The translations under genes were made by a program, and so were the position numbers. Shown one piece after another: positions 39,485 through 52,300 of a DNA stretch of 64,000 nucleotides. The notes beneath the pieces were generated by a model, which did no database searches, had not been told where the DNA came from, and was given only the letters and a program-made list of their open reading frames with translations. Where the stretch lies: positions 1 to 64,000 of the forward strand of contig CAXHJY010000384.1 in assembly GCA_964016885.1 (NCBI GenBank), in the 5' to 3' direction. Origin of the DNA: Eledone cirrhosa (lineage: Eukaryota). Position 1 is the stretch's first letter; every line of letters begins with the position of its first letter.

Positions 39485-39490
39485 AATCAT
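39485..39490 (-). CDS. Candidate alternative first coding exon end (ATG ATT = Met-Ile)
   Basis: ataaaATGATT|GTAAGT: AAA-ATG start context and consensus donor, phase 0, in frame with exon 17318. Confidence 0.4.
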
Positions 39491-40889
39491 TTTATAACAA
39501 AATAAAATTGTCAAATGAAATCTTAGCCAAAATCAATCAAAGAATGTTAGAATAAAAAAATATATTACAAAAGTTCTTACGAACAATATTTTTAAAATCC
39601 TCTGTTTGTTTTTCTTTCGAAAGAAAGCAAATTAAATAGAATGGTCAAAGCAAGGGTTATAAAAGGTGTTAACGTTTTAAGTAAAATAAGTATTTGTTCA
39701 CAAAACTAAGCCCAATTAGAGAACCAAATAAGGTTTAGTCAAATAGTTAATATCCCCAGCTTAACTCTTTGTACATACAGGAAACGGGGTAGCATTACGC
39801 ACCAGTATAGATTTGAGAGAGCAAGAGAGAGAAGAGGAGACTGTGAATATTCATGTGTGTGTGTTCCTAGCTGTTGCAAGATAAATTGTCAACCTTTTCA
39901 CAATGCTGCAAGGCCCACATACAGTTTGACTATTAAATGAAACCAAACAAGTAGGAAAGTGCTCTTATGTGATGCTCTATTGTACTAATGAAGTGTACTA
40001 ATTGAGTTTTGTTATTTATAACCAACAAATGCTATAATGTATTTCCATGTCCACAGCTATTGAAATTGATACATGCAGAAGAAATGGTTATAAGAATCAA
40101 TACTAAACAATTTATTCAGATATCACTGTTGATTACTTTAGAAAGGGTTTGGTCAACAATGGGCCATGTTATGTCTATCTTAAAAACTCTCTGTCATAAG
40201 TAGATGTTACAAATAAATATCATCTCAATTACTAATTTAACTATTAACATCTTGTACCACATGAAATTGCATTTACAAAACATTATTATGAGTCTATCAC
40301 ATTAACAATCTAAGTCTTTACTTTTATTTACTGCAAATTTTCATTATGACCTGTCCACCAGTAAAGATACTGTAAACATTTAACAAACCTGTTTTTAGAT
40401 ATTTTCTTTTAAATCATCAGAGGATGTTAAGTGTTAAGAAAATATATATGAGTGGAGATAAATTATACAGTATATATGTATGTGTGTGTGTGCACATACA
40501 CACATACCACGCGAAATAGAATAATTATGAAATAAATTAGTTATTAAATAACAAGCAATTTCTACTATTAATACACATTTAAATACAAAATTATAAAAAT
40601 GTATGAAAAAAGAGTTGAGGATTTTATAAAATATAGAGCTCTTTGTATTGTGGGAATTTGAGCCATCAGAGACTTTTAAAGGGACCTCAAATTTGCATTG
40701 TAAACCAACAGGTGTCAACTTAGGTGAACGGTGGAGTAAATATATTAATAAAACATACTGACATGTTTAGCTAGAAGTTGACAAAACAAGTGCAAGCCTA
40801 TATACACAACACTTTGGCTTAAGAGTTAAATCTTTTCATACCAAACTGCCTGTTTCTATGATACAAATCAATATTTTTATGTTAGAAAC

Positions 40890-41134
40890 TTTTCCTGGGC
40901 CCTGTCAGAAGCAACTGTCTCTAATTGATCTGGCTCAATCCCTAAGCGAGACCAGCTGAGCTTATGGATTTTATCCAACCATCTTGCTCCAGGTCTACAC
41001 CTGGGTCTCCAGTCAGTTGGTTTTGCCCATAAAATCTGTCCAGTGATTCTTTCCTGAGACATTCTAACCACATGTATATAATATTGGAGCTGTGATCTCT
41101 CAATTTGGAAAAGTAGCAGCTCTACCTGGAACAC
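40890..41134 (-). mobile_element. Expander/Rex3-like RTE fragment
   Basis: LLFQIERSQL...HVVRM...PTDWRPRCRPGARW...LSWSRLGI. Confidence 0.7.
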
Positions 41135-44100
41135 ATTCTATAGAGTAATGTTACTCCAAAGACTCTTCGGAAAAAACCCCATGTTGGTAGCATGTATTTA
41201 CAATCACATTCTTTCATATTACTGTGTAATAATTTAGTTATCTTGCTAAATATACTTCTGAACCTTTGATTTTCTAAATGAAAGGAAACATGCAGGCAAT
41301 GTATTGTAAAATGTTTATAGTTATATAAAGACATTCCATTATAATTTTATTTAAGAAGCTTTGTTAATCTATTTTCCAAACACCATGTTAATAACAAAGT
41401 TAGTTATATTATTAAATCATTTCAAATTCTTGATTATTTTTTTTAATTATTTGAAAATCATAGGCAGTGTCTTTCATTAGCAATATAGTAACAAAAGAGT
41501 TAACATGTATATAATTATCTAAAAACTTTCCATCATAATTTTATCTAAGAATCTTTGTTAAGTTATCATCCAAGCAGCAGCTGAATAATAAGAAAGTTAA
41601 TTATACTACTAAATCCCTCCAAATTCTTGACTATTTTCAAAATTATTTGAAAATCAAAAGCAGTATTTTTCAATAGAAATACACTATTGAAAAGATTAAT
41701 AGTACCAAACCAACTGAACTACCTCTTATTTTACAATACAAATATGTTTCTTTTAAATTGTTTATATTTATTTAAAAAAACAACAACTTTCCATTATAAT
41801 TTTATCTAAGAATTTTTGTTGCAGGCAACAGCTTAGTAATAGGTTATTTTATTAAATCTATCCAAAATTATAGGCAGTGTCTTTCATTAGAAATATTGTA
41901 TTCTAATAGAATATACCAAATTTCAATCAATGAATAAAGAACTTTGAGAGATTTACTAAAATTATTAATCATTTAATTACTAAGATAGTAACTTATATAA
42001 AATCATGTTGGAAGATTTTTATTTAAATAGAAACCCTTTAAAATGGCTGGCTTTTTTCATAGAACCAGAGGCAATTTTGGGACAACTGGTATTAAAAGAG
42101 TTATGTGAAAGAGTGACAGATAGTTCCTTCACCTCTTTTCATGCTAGTTTATCAAAGGAAATCTCAAACCTATTCTGAATAGGTGGGTGTATTGAACTGT
42201 TTATAATTAAGTGTACTGTCCAGATACAAACAACAGAATACAAACTAGATTTCAACTGAAGATTTGTGAACTGGTCATCTGTACTGCACCAATTAACTCT
42301 TTTACAAACTTTCCATGTAGGATTCCATGCAAAAAATTTTAATTTTGATTAAAACCAAAGTTATGTGTGTGTGGGAGGAGGAGAGAGAAAAAGACAGAGA
42401 AAGAGAAAGATTTTAACGACAGAAAAAATACAAAAAGGCATAAAAAACCATGTTTGTTATTGAAACAAAAAATTCTTAGTTACAGCACACTGAGCAGGAC
42501 ATTTATTTTGATAAATTTCAATCGAAAGGTAATTAGGTGTGATATACTGGAATAAGTGTTTCAAGTGGTTTCTGTGCCTTAAGTTCATTTAGTAAAGAAA
42601 TATGTTCTGTAATGTGAAGACAGATTGTTTTATAATTACTCAAGTATTCAACAGATTAGATTACCAAATTGGAGGTTAAAAGTTCAATTTACTCCCTAAA
42701 TCAATTACTCAAATCATGAAAGAACCATATTTCTAATGACATACTCTGCATTTTAATTAACTGATGAAGAATTGGGAAGGATTAATTAAAATTATTAATT
42801 ATTTCATTAAGATAGTATTTGTAATAAATGGTTCTTACATCAAATTATGTTGGAAGATTTAAATCTAAATAGAAACACTTTAGAATGAGTGGCTTTGTTT
42901 CATAAAACCAGAAGCAGTTTTTACTAGGTTGGTACCAATTGCCAGGAGTATGACAACTGAATAAACATTTTTGGAAACCCTTTTGTTACCATATTTCTAA
43001 GGAAATGATTTTCATTATGATTTTCAAAACATTTTGTCCAACCCATGCAAGCATGGAACAGCAGATGTAAAATGTTAAAGGTTATGATTTGAAACTAATC
43101 AAGAATTTGGAGGGATTAAATAATATATCTAACTTATTACTAAACATATTTGGAGTATAACTTAACATTATGATGGATGGTTTTTAGATGGATATAACCA
43201 GCTTTGTTTAGTTAGTAGATTGCACTGGTCTCTTCCTTAGAACATCAAACACTGTCTACTTCATTAACCTTATTTTTTTTTTTTATATTTGATTCATCTT
43301 TAAAACCTAACATGGATAAGTTTAAAGCCTGTCACTTCTATTTATTACGTTCTACATGAATTAGGGATTCCTTTGTGTTGTTGCTTTAGCCTGTGTTCTT
43401 CAGTAAGGCATGGTTGGGATTTTTGATAAGTTGGTAGATTTGTTATATTTTTTTAGGTTTAATCAATGAATATTATTTTTGATCCGACACCTAGGGCTAT
43501 AGGTTACACATGTGGTAGGGTGCCAGCAATCAAAGGGTTAAGAAAAATATCAATTATATTAAAAAATATCCAATTAACCAGTCATATATGTGTATACATA
43601 CACACACACATATATTTTCTCTGAAGCAAGAGTCAAATACACACACAGATATATATATAGACTTATTCCAGATATTTATCCATAGTATTACATCAGAAAT
43701 AAAGCATGGCCCAATTCTTTGCTTAGAACAACATACAAAATAACCATCTTTCCAAATTAGTTTAATATTATCAGGAAATAAAAAAAAAATAAAAAAAATA
43801 AAAAAAGAACTGATAAAATGTCACAATGAACACCTTTACAATATAGCAAATCTCCAGTCTTGGAGACTGTAAAGGTCATCCATGGGCATTGCCTTTGCTT
43901 CTGTGATTAAACCATAAAAGAATAACTAAAACTAATCAATAAATGCTATAGTGTACATTTACCATTCACAAGTTTGTATTACAGTAACCCTCTATTTGTT
44001 CTGGTCTTACATCATATTTGTGAGACTCAAATCCTTTAGGCATTATTCAATCTGTACCTTTATTTGATCAGTTGATACTTCTGTGCAATATTTTCATATT

Positions 44101-44526
44101 CTGACATGCTATCACACAAACAAAAACTGTTTCTACTTTTCAGTTAAGTGTAGGCTAACACATTTTTAAACAATTGAAGTAAGACCCATGATAAGAATTG
44201 TTAAGGAAGGCAAGTGAGAGAACATCAAAATTTAGATTTAATTAAAAATTAAATAACAACATATTGAAGAGTGTGAGTCTGATCTTTTGGTAATTTACAG
44301 TGGCAAGTTCAGATATGTTTCAGTCTCATTAGACCTCCTCAGGAAAATAAGGACTAATACATCTTAGAATGACAGAGGATATAGATTTTGTGTGGATATA
44401 ACTTGATTAAGCAATTTAAAATAACAATAGTGGAAAATAAAAATCCCCTGATATTCCATGTGCATGAAGAACATAGTTAAATACAGGTTAATATAAAGAA
44501 TTTTAAATCAAATGAAATTACTACAT

Positions 44527-44911
44527 TCATCATCATCATCATTTTACGTCCACTTTTCCCTTCTTGCAAGGGTGGGACGGGAACTGATTCTAGCTCGATT
44601 TCTACAGCTGGATGCCCTTCCTAACACCAACCTCATTTACAGTGAGTGCTGGGTGCTTTTTTTCCGTGGCGCCTAGACGTCCACTTTACAGTTGGGCTGG
44701 GTGGTTTTTTGCCGTGGCACCTCCACGACCACTTTGCAGTGGAATGATAGGGACTCCAGTCCTATCATCTCATTTCTACAGCTGAGTAAACTGGAGCAAT
44801 GTGAAATAAAGTGTCTTGCTCAAGGAAACAACACATCACTCGGTCTGAGAATTGAACTCACAACCTTTCGATTGCAAGGCCAATGCTCTAACCACTAAGC
44901 CATGTGCCTCC
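44527..44911 (-). mobile_element. SINE family 2 copy with one extra ~48-bp unit
   Basis: Reverse complement of 32411-32742 plus a duplicated cactgtaaagtgg unit. Confidence 0.85.
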
Positions 44912-45679
44912 ACCATAATAAGAAAAATCCTTAGTATACATAACTGTAACATGGTTGGCATTATGAAGGGCATCCAGATGTAGAAAACAAGCCAGAATAC
45001 AGATCCTTCTGAGCAAGATGCGGGATATCTGACTTGACTTGTCTCATAAAACAACAACCTATCTAAACCATGCAAGTGTGAAAAAATAGACGTTAAATGA
45101 TGATGAACCCTTGTCAAAAGGGGCAAAACAAAAAATTAATGTAGACATGCAGTGGGAAATATATCTAATCTTTGGTTAAGTATATTGTAACTGTATTTCA
45201 TTCATTTTTTCTTTTTGTTCACATTAACACTGTTTGCCTGCACATTACTAAATAGCCTTCATATAGGTGTTTCTGCCTAAAAGCAATTAAAGAAGGTTCT
45301 GGAGAAGAACTAGCAGATATTAGTGCCAAGAATATGGCTTTTAAAAATCCAAAGAGCCAGTTTTCAGTGACGTGGCAGTATTAATAATATTCCCATACAC
45401 AACTGTTCTCTTTAATTACTGCCACATTCCTATCTTTATTGCTTTTGTTTACCTTGCATACCTCATCAATAAATCATCTCCATGGAGACTAGCAAAAGCA
45501 ATCAGATTATTGACATAAAGCTATAAAATTGAATTTCACTATATTACTATGAATTCCCTATCAGATACATAAGGGAAAGACATGACACCATTGTCATCAT
45601 AGTCATGTAACATCAATGAGTCACAAAATAATGTCACAAAGGTTGTATATATTATAGTTATTAGCATCTTTTCTTCTTT

Positions 45680-46063
45680 GTCCACTTATTCCTGAGAGGG
45701 TTGTGGTGGCAAAGACCTCAAACACTCTTTCCAGCAACCATGTTAAATTGGTCCAGCTAGATCCCCAAGCAAGATCAGCTGAGCTCATGGATGTTATCCA
45801 GCCATCTTGCTCGAGATCTACCCCTGGTTCTCCTGCTAGTTAGTTTTGCCCATAAAATCTGTCCAATGATTCTTTCCTGAGACACTCTGACCACATGTCC
45901 ATAATAGAAGAAGGGAAAGAGGTATGAAGGCCAAACTTGCTATCTTCAATTTGGTATTCGTGCCAACCCTTCCCTATGGTCATGAATCTTGGGTAATGGC
46001 CGAAAGAATACAATCTCGAATACAAGCTGCCGAAATGGTCTTCCTCTGAAGGGTCTTTGGAGT
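45680..46063. mobile_element. Expander/Rex3-like RTE fragment with inverted 5' piece
   Basis: 45680-45905 (minus) matches 40890-41075; 45925-46063 (plus) encodes AKLAIFNLVFVPTLPYGHESWVMAERIQSRIQAAEM. Confidence 0.65.
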
Positions 46064-47398
46064 ATCATCATCATCTTTATCTAGTGTCCATTCTTCCATG
46101 TTGGCATGGGTTAGACCGGCCATCACTGATCACGTCATTTCTTAATTGGAGCTACTATCCTCATAGACAGGCTTGGTGCTATGACTCATATACTTTTTAG
46201 TTTTGACACAGTTTCTACAGCTGGATGCCCCTCCTGACACTAACTACTTTACATAGTGTACTTGGGTGCATTTTATCATGCCACCAGCACTAGGGAGGTT
46301 GTTATGCCTGTGATGCAACTGAAGCAACCTTCAACTCTGGCATTCTACTATGTGAACTGGAAAACAAAATTGGTGAATTCTAACAATCAGTATGGTGAAG
46401 TACAAAGAACAGTAAATTGCAAACTGTTTCAAAATATCAGGAAATGATTTTTAAAAGAAACATTTTGTATTTACCCATACAAGCATAATAGGAATATATG
46501 AAATGAGAGAAATTATAATGTAGAAAAACTCTTGAAAATATATGTCTCATATATGTCTTAAGAAAAATAGAAAGAAATGTGTTTATATGGGTAGGTAGAT
46601 TACACCCTCATAAGACACATTTATATTTTTAAATGTTGATAACTCAAATAACCAATAAGACAATGAAAAATAAAGTATTTTGATACTTTTTGATTTGGTA
46701 ATTTATAAGTTATATATAGTTTATATCTCACATTTAACTTTTTGGTTACTGATTTCAAATGACAGATGTGCCTTATGATTTTCAAATAACTTTGAAAATT
46801 AATAGAGAATTTGGAGGGATTTATTAAGATAACTTTCTCACTATTCAGGTACTCGGAGCATAACAAAGGTTTTTCATATTCCAAAACAAACAGGAGCAGT
46901 TTCAGGTGGGCTGGTATGAAAATGGTAAATTACCTCTGAAATATTTAGAGAGAGTGTGAGTGTGTCAATTTACGTATGTTTTCCATGTTATCACAGTCAG
47001 AGTGACCAATCTTGCTCATTGTGTTCCATATTTGGCATAGTTTCTATGGCTGGGTGCCCTTCCTAATTCTAACTACCCTACAGAGTGCATTTTTCGTGAC
47101 ACCACCACTACAACTTTACAGAGTGAACTGGATGTATTGTATCATGATACCAGCACTGACACCTCACTGGGTGCATTATAGTGTGGCACCAGCCATAAAG
47201 AAGTTGTCACCAAGTAAATTACTGTTCCATTGCAGTTATTGCTCCATGTTGCACACTGGCTTGGTAGTCTTTGGATTGAATTTCAACTGAAAACATTTTT
47301 AAAATATTTGGGGTGAAAGTAATGCTCCAATTGAAACAGTAGCCAACTGCAACAATGCAGACATGCATTTATATTTTATATATATATATTTTATATAT

Positions 47399-47524
47399 CA
47401 TCATCATCATCATCATCACCGTTTTACGTCCGTTCTTCCACGCTAGCATGGGTTAGACGGGTTGTCCTGTTGTGGGTAGTGTCTGGTCGGCTGACCATGC
47501 CTTGCTCATACAGGAACTGATCTG
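47399..47524 (-). mobile_element. RTE subfamily C tail-only insertion
   Basis: Reverse complement of 26394-26513. Confidence 0.85.
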
Positions 47525-47722
47525 TATATATCTGTATATAACTGATCTATATATATATATCTGTATATATCTGTATATAACTGATCTATATATATATATC
47601 TGTATATAACTGATCTATATATATATATCTGTATATATCTGTATATAACTGATCTATATATATATATCTGTATATAACTGATCTATATATATATATCTGT
47701 ATATAACTGATCTATATATATA
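47525..47722. repeat. Minisatellite (ctgtatataactgatctatatatatatat)n
   Basis: About six AACTGATCT-containing units interleaved with TA runs. Confidence 0.9.
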
Positions 47723-47754
47723 TTTTATATATATATATATATAATATATATATA

Positions 47755-48469
47755 AAGCCCACAGGATTCATTGACTTGTCTATTTTCCTCTCTTTACATT
47801 GCATACCACCATGTGTTTGTTTCCTTCCCCCTGTTTTCCCACTGTCCCGATAACTTAATTGAGTTATCGCTCGCACTGATTTTAGGTATTTAGTCTTTAA
47901 TGCGTCGAAATACCAACGATAATCAGCAGACTACTGATGAGGACATTACCCCTTGTCTATTTTTATTCATATGTTCATGTTCGCAACAACGCAGCACGCC
48001 ATTCTTCATTCACATATTTTTCCCTTCACTGTGGTTCGTATTTTTTCTGTCACTTCACTGCTATCACCTTTTCTCTCTCCTTAACCTCTTGCCTTCCTCA
48101 ACTCCTGCTGCTGGTCACTCACTCTCGGCTGGCCCCTTCCTTCCACTTTCACTCACTCACTCTCTGCCCCCCCCCCCTCTCACTTCCTCCCGTCTGACCT
48201 GCTTCAATTTCTTTCCTCTCTCAATCTTCTCGCGGCTCGGACATGTCTATTTCTCCTCGTCAATTTGATTTGTCGGACTTAAGCCCACAGGATTCATTGA
48301 CTTGTCTCTATTTTCCTCTCTTTACGTTGCATACCACCATGTGTTTGTTCCCTTCCCTCTGTTTTCCCACTGTCTCGCACTGATTTTAGTTATCCACTCT
48401 TTAATGCGTCGAAATACCAACGATAATCAGCAGACTACTGATGAGGACATTACCCCTTGTCTATTTTTA

Positions 48470-48475
<6 letters not shown>
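47755..48475 (+). repeat. Partial tandem/direct repeat (period 526 bp) between (TA)n tracts
   Basis: 47755-47975 is repeated at 48281-48475, with a ~25-bp deletion in the second copy. Confidence 0.85.
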
Positions 48476-48507
<32 letters not shown>

Positions 48508-48729
48508 CATCATTTAACATCTGCTTTCCTTGCTAGCAAGGGTTGGACAGGTCTACACAGACCAAGGAGGTCTGCATCGTGCTTATGTATGGTCATTATC
48601 AACTGTAGAGGAAGAGTTGTGTCTTTCGACACAAACTGAACGATCCTCCTAATCCTTGTTTGGCAAGCTTTCTAAGACTGGATTCCCTTCCTAACACCAA
48701 CCACTTTACAGTGTGTATGGTATATACAT

Positions 48730-49395
48730 ATCAGCATTTAATGTCCCCTTTCCATGCTAGCATGGGTTAGATGAGTTGCCCCATTGTCAGACAAGTCAGA
48801 TCAGATGACTATCTTACTCATACAAAACTGATTCTGTCTTGGTTTCTACAGCTGGATGTCCAAACTAACGCCAACCACATTTACTGTGTAGACTGGATGC
48901 TTTTTATCGTGTCACCAAAATGACTATTCAACAGTGTGGGTTGGGCGCTTTTTGTCATGGCACCAAAACAACCACTTTACTGAGTGGACTGAGTGCTCTT
49001 TGTTGTGGCGCCAAAACGACCACTTTACTGTGTGGATTAGGTGCTTTTTGATGTGTCACAAAAAAAAAAACAAGTAACAGTATGGATTGGGCACTTTTTG
49101 ATGTGTATTTTACAGAAGTTCTCAAAGTGGGCACTACCGTTACAATTTGCGTGTAGGCAGGTCTCTCTGGAAACAGGGTTGGGGTCTTGGGTATTACGTG
49201 GCCATGAGGGGGTCGGTGACCCAAAAAGTTTAAGAACTTCTGCTTTAACACAACCACTTTACAGATTGGGCTAAATGCTTTTGTTTTGTTACCATCACAC
49301 CCACTTTACAGGGTGGGCTGAGCATTTGTCATATGTTGCTAACACAACTACCTTACAGGGTGGACTGGGTGCTTTAGTCATGTCACCATCACAAT
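48730..49395 (-). repeat. Retroposon with ~8 tandem ~48-bp units (split by the hAT MITE); related 3-unit copy on + at 51060-51345
   Basis: Unit ttac(a/t)gtgtggactgggtgctttttgtcatggcaccaaaacgaccact; the same unit occurs in the RTE-B/C 3' UTRs. Confidence 0.75.
49113..49242. mobile_element. Short hAT-type MITE (same family as 1060-2902)
   Basis: CAGAAGTTCTCAAA...TTTAAGAACTTCTG; shares gtaggcaggtctctctggaaa with the ~2826-2850 segment. Confidence 0.65.
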
Positions 49396-52300
49396 CATGA
49401 ACACCTTACTCAACTACATTCAGTAATCTTTATTTAGTTCATAGAATTACTTGCGCACTTATGTATGTGTGATGTGTATCAACTTAAATTGTGATCTAAG
49501 TTTAGAGAATTACTTTTTTAAAAGATCTTAAGTGATACTTATTTTCCTTTGTTATTTTGAACCTCCCTTGTGTACCGTACATTCTGTCCACTTAGTGAAC
49601 AAATTGAGTGTCTATGATTATCAATGTTTTAGATCTTAAATTTCTGGAACACCACTAACTGCTCACAATTAGCTATGTAGACAAATGGGCATAAAGTAAA
49701 AGACTACATTACAATTTTCATTTCCAATTGCTATAATTATATTAGTAGAAACCCTCCTTGCAAGTACTGTCTGACTGCAGACTTTGTGTAAAAGAAGAAC
49801 CAAGTGGTTTGAGAGCTGAGCTTGATAGACTTGGTGCAGTGTAATATATATACATATAGACCCACGAGAATAAAAAGAAACAAAGTAAGTGGACTGGTTA
49901 AACATCTTGATTTCTAATATCAGTACAAGGCCACATACTTGTAGAGGAGGGATATAATTGGTTGAATACACCACAGTATTATACTGGTACTTGTTTTAGT
50001 GATTATAGATGCAGACACAGCAAAGTGGTTAAGTTCATTTTGTAATCATGTGATTTTTTTCAGCCCACTGTGTGACAGGTTGGGCAAATGTATTTCTATT
50101 ACCAGTTTAGCTTGATCAATGCCTTGTTAGAGAATTTGGTAGATAGAAATTGAAGTAGGCTCATCTCTCTCTCATACACACACACACACACACGCACGTG
50201 CGTGTTCATATTGATACTTTTAAAGTAAGTGGTGTCATTTGTATATGCCCTATGGCTCAATGGAGGTCAGTGGTATATACTATACTTATAAATTAAAGTA
50301 TGGATTGTCACCAGGAAAGGCATATACCTATAGAAAAATACCTAAAAAGTCTCCTCCAACCTAAGCTAGCATGTAAAAGTGGATGTAATAACGATAATGA
50401 TAAGGAAAATCTATATTGACAACTCAGAATGTAAATATATATAATTAAGACACAAACTGTTTAATCCTCAACTCTGTTTTGCCATTAAACATATCAAAAC
50501 ATATTTACTGATGTAAACATGATTTTATATATATATATATATATATATAATTATGTACATATGTGTATGTGTGCATCTCGCACATATCAAGATAAACATC
50601 TCCAGAAGAAATATTTTCACAGATCATTGCACATTGTTATAATTACTATGTGAGACATTTTTCTAAAGAAATTATATATAGTTCAAACATATTTTCATTG
50701 GTTTTCTAAACTTATTAATCTACAATTTAGGCAGTCACTTTAATGAAGTGTATGTAATTGCTCAATCCAACAACAGCCAAATCTCCCTAAAATCATGACC
50801 TACCACCATCCTAACTCATTATCGTAAACTGCATGAAACTACATTAGGAAGACATTTTTGAAACATAGAAAACAGCACTGACTGCATCACAGTAAAAATT
50901 TAAGTTTTTACTTTTAGTTTACTGCAATTTTCTACAACCAAATATACAGTAAACATTTGAATAAATAAACCTAGTTTTAGAAATTTTCTGCTGACTTATT
51001 ACAGAAAGAAAGGATAATCTTTCATATTTACAATTGCTTTTAGCCTATAACATCAAACACTGAACTGGTCATGTTGGTGTCATGACAAAAAGCGCCCAGT
51101 CCACACTGTAAAGCGGCTGTATTGGTGACACAACAAAAAGTGTGCAGTCCACACTGTAAAGTGGTCGTTTTGGTGCCATGATAAAAAGCACCCAGTCCAC
51201 ACTGTAAATGTGATTGGTGTTATGAAACCAAGCCAGAAACAGTTGTGTGTGAGCAAAGCACAGTAATCTGATCTGACTTGTCTCACAAGACAACCCATTT
51301 AACCTATGTTAGCATGGAAAAATGGCTATTAAGCAGTGATTATTACCATTATATTCATATTTTTGGTCTAGACTCTATAGGATACAGGGAGTTTTTGACC
51401 TCAAAATTTTGGAAAAGTAAGCCTTCTATACCGAAAAATACAAGGGGAAATATGGTCCTTTCCATTACCAATAAGTTACCATCTTATTTTTCTGGCCATC
51501 AAAGTTCAAACAAATTTGTCAGATAATCAGAAGCTGTCAAACCTCTATCTACCTGAATGCAATATATATTAACTGTTACAGATTTTCATGACCTAATTTC
51601 ACTGGAATAGGCCAAATATTATTAACAACTTCACTAAATTCTTAACACATATTCACATTCACATCAATTAGTACAAAACCTTTTTGCGTACCTGATCCCA
51701 ATCTGTTTATCAAAGAACCCCTAAATCCATATTTATTTTGTTCTCTCCAAATACCAAAAACCTTTGCATTCTGTAAAGATTCCTTCATGTAAATATTGAA
51801 CAACCTTAATTTCTGGCCCACAACCCATCCTACTAACCTATTAGGTAAATTTATTATAGTACAACTTTAGGTCAGGTTGGGCTATTTACACAAACACAAA
51901 GCACTTGTAATCATTTGAAGTCAAACGTTTTTACTTTTATCAACTTTTGAGAAAGGGACAGAGATAAGGGAAGAGGAAGGTAAAAACAGAGAAATGGAGG
52001 GAGAAAGTTGAAATGAGAAAGAGACTAACAACTAGAGAACAGTAAAATGGCTTCAATTTGGTAGACAAGGATGTTAATAATTGGAGAGAGAGAGTACTTA
52101 TTTCATTGACCATATAAGGTTGAAATGAAAAGCCAATTTTCAACAGGATATAAACTTTAGCCTCAAGAAAATATTGCTAGACATTTTGTTTGCTATTCTC
52201 CAGTCCAACACTAACATACATACAAACCTATTTGTAACAATAAATATTTCTGTTCATTGTACAATGTAGTAATTATGGAACATGAGAAATTATCTATGGT

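Noticed and set aside
47900-48268. 122-aa ORF in the direct-repeat element
   Set aside because: Low-complexity product of a pyrimidine-rich tract; no recognisable domain.
48880-49395. Regularly spaced repeats resembling a CRISPR array
   Set aside because: Contiguous degenerate tandem units without unique spacers, retroposon-derived, eukaryotic context, no cas genes.
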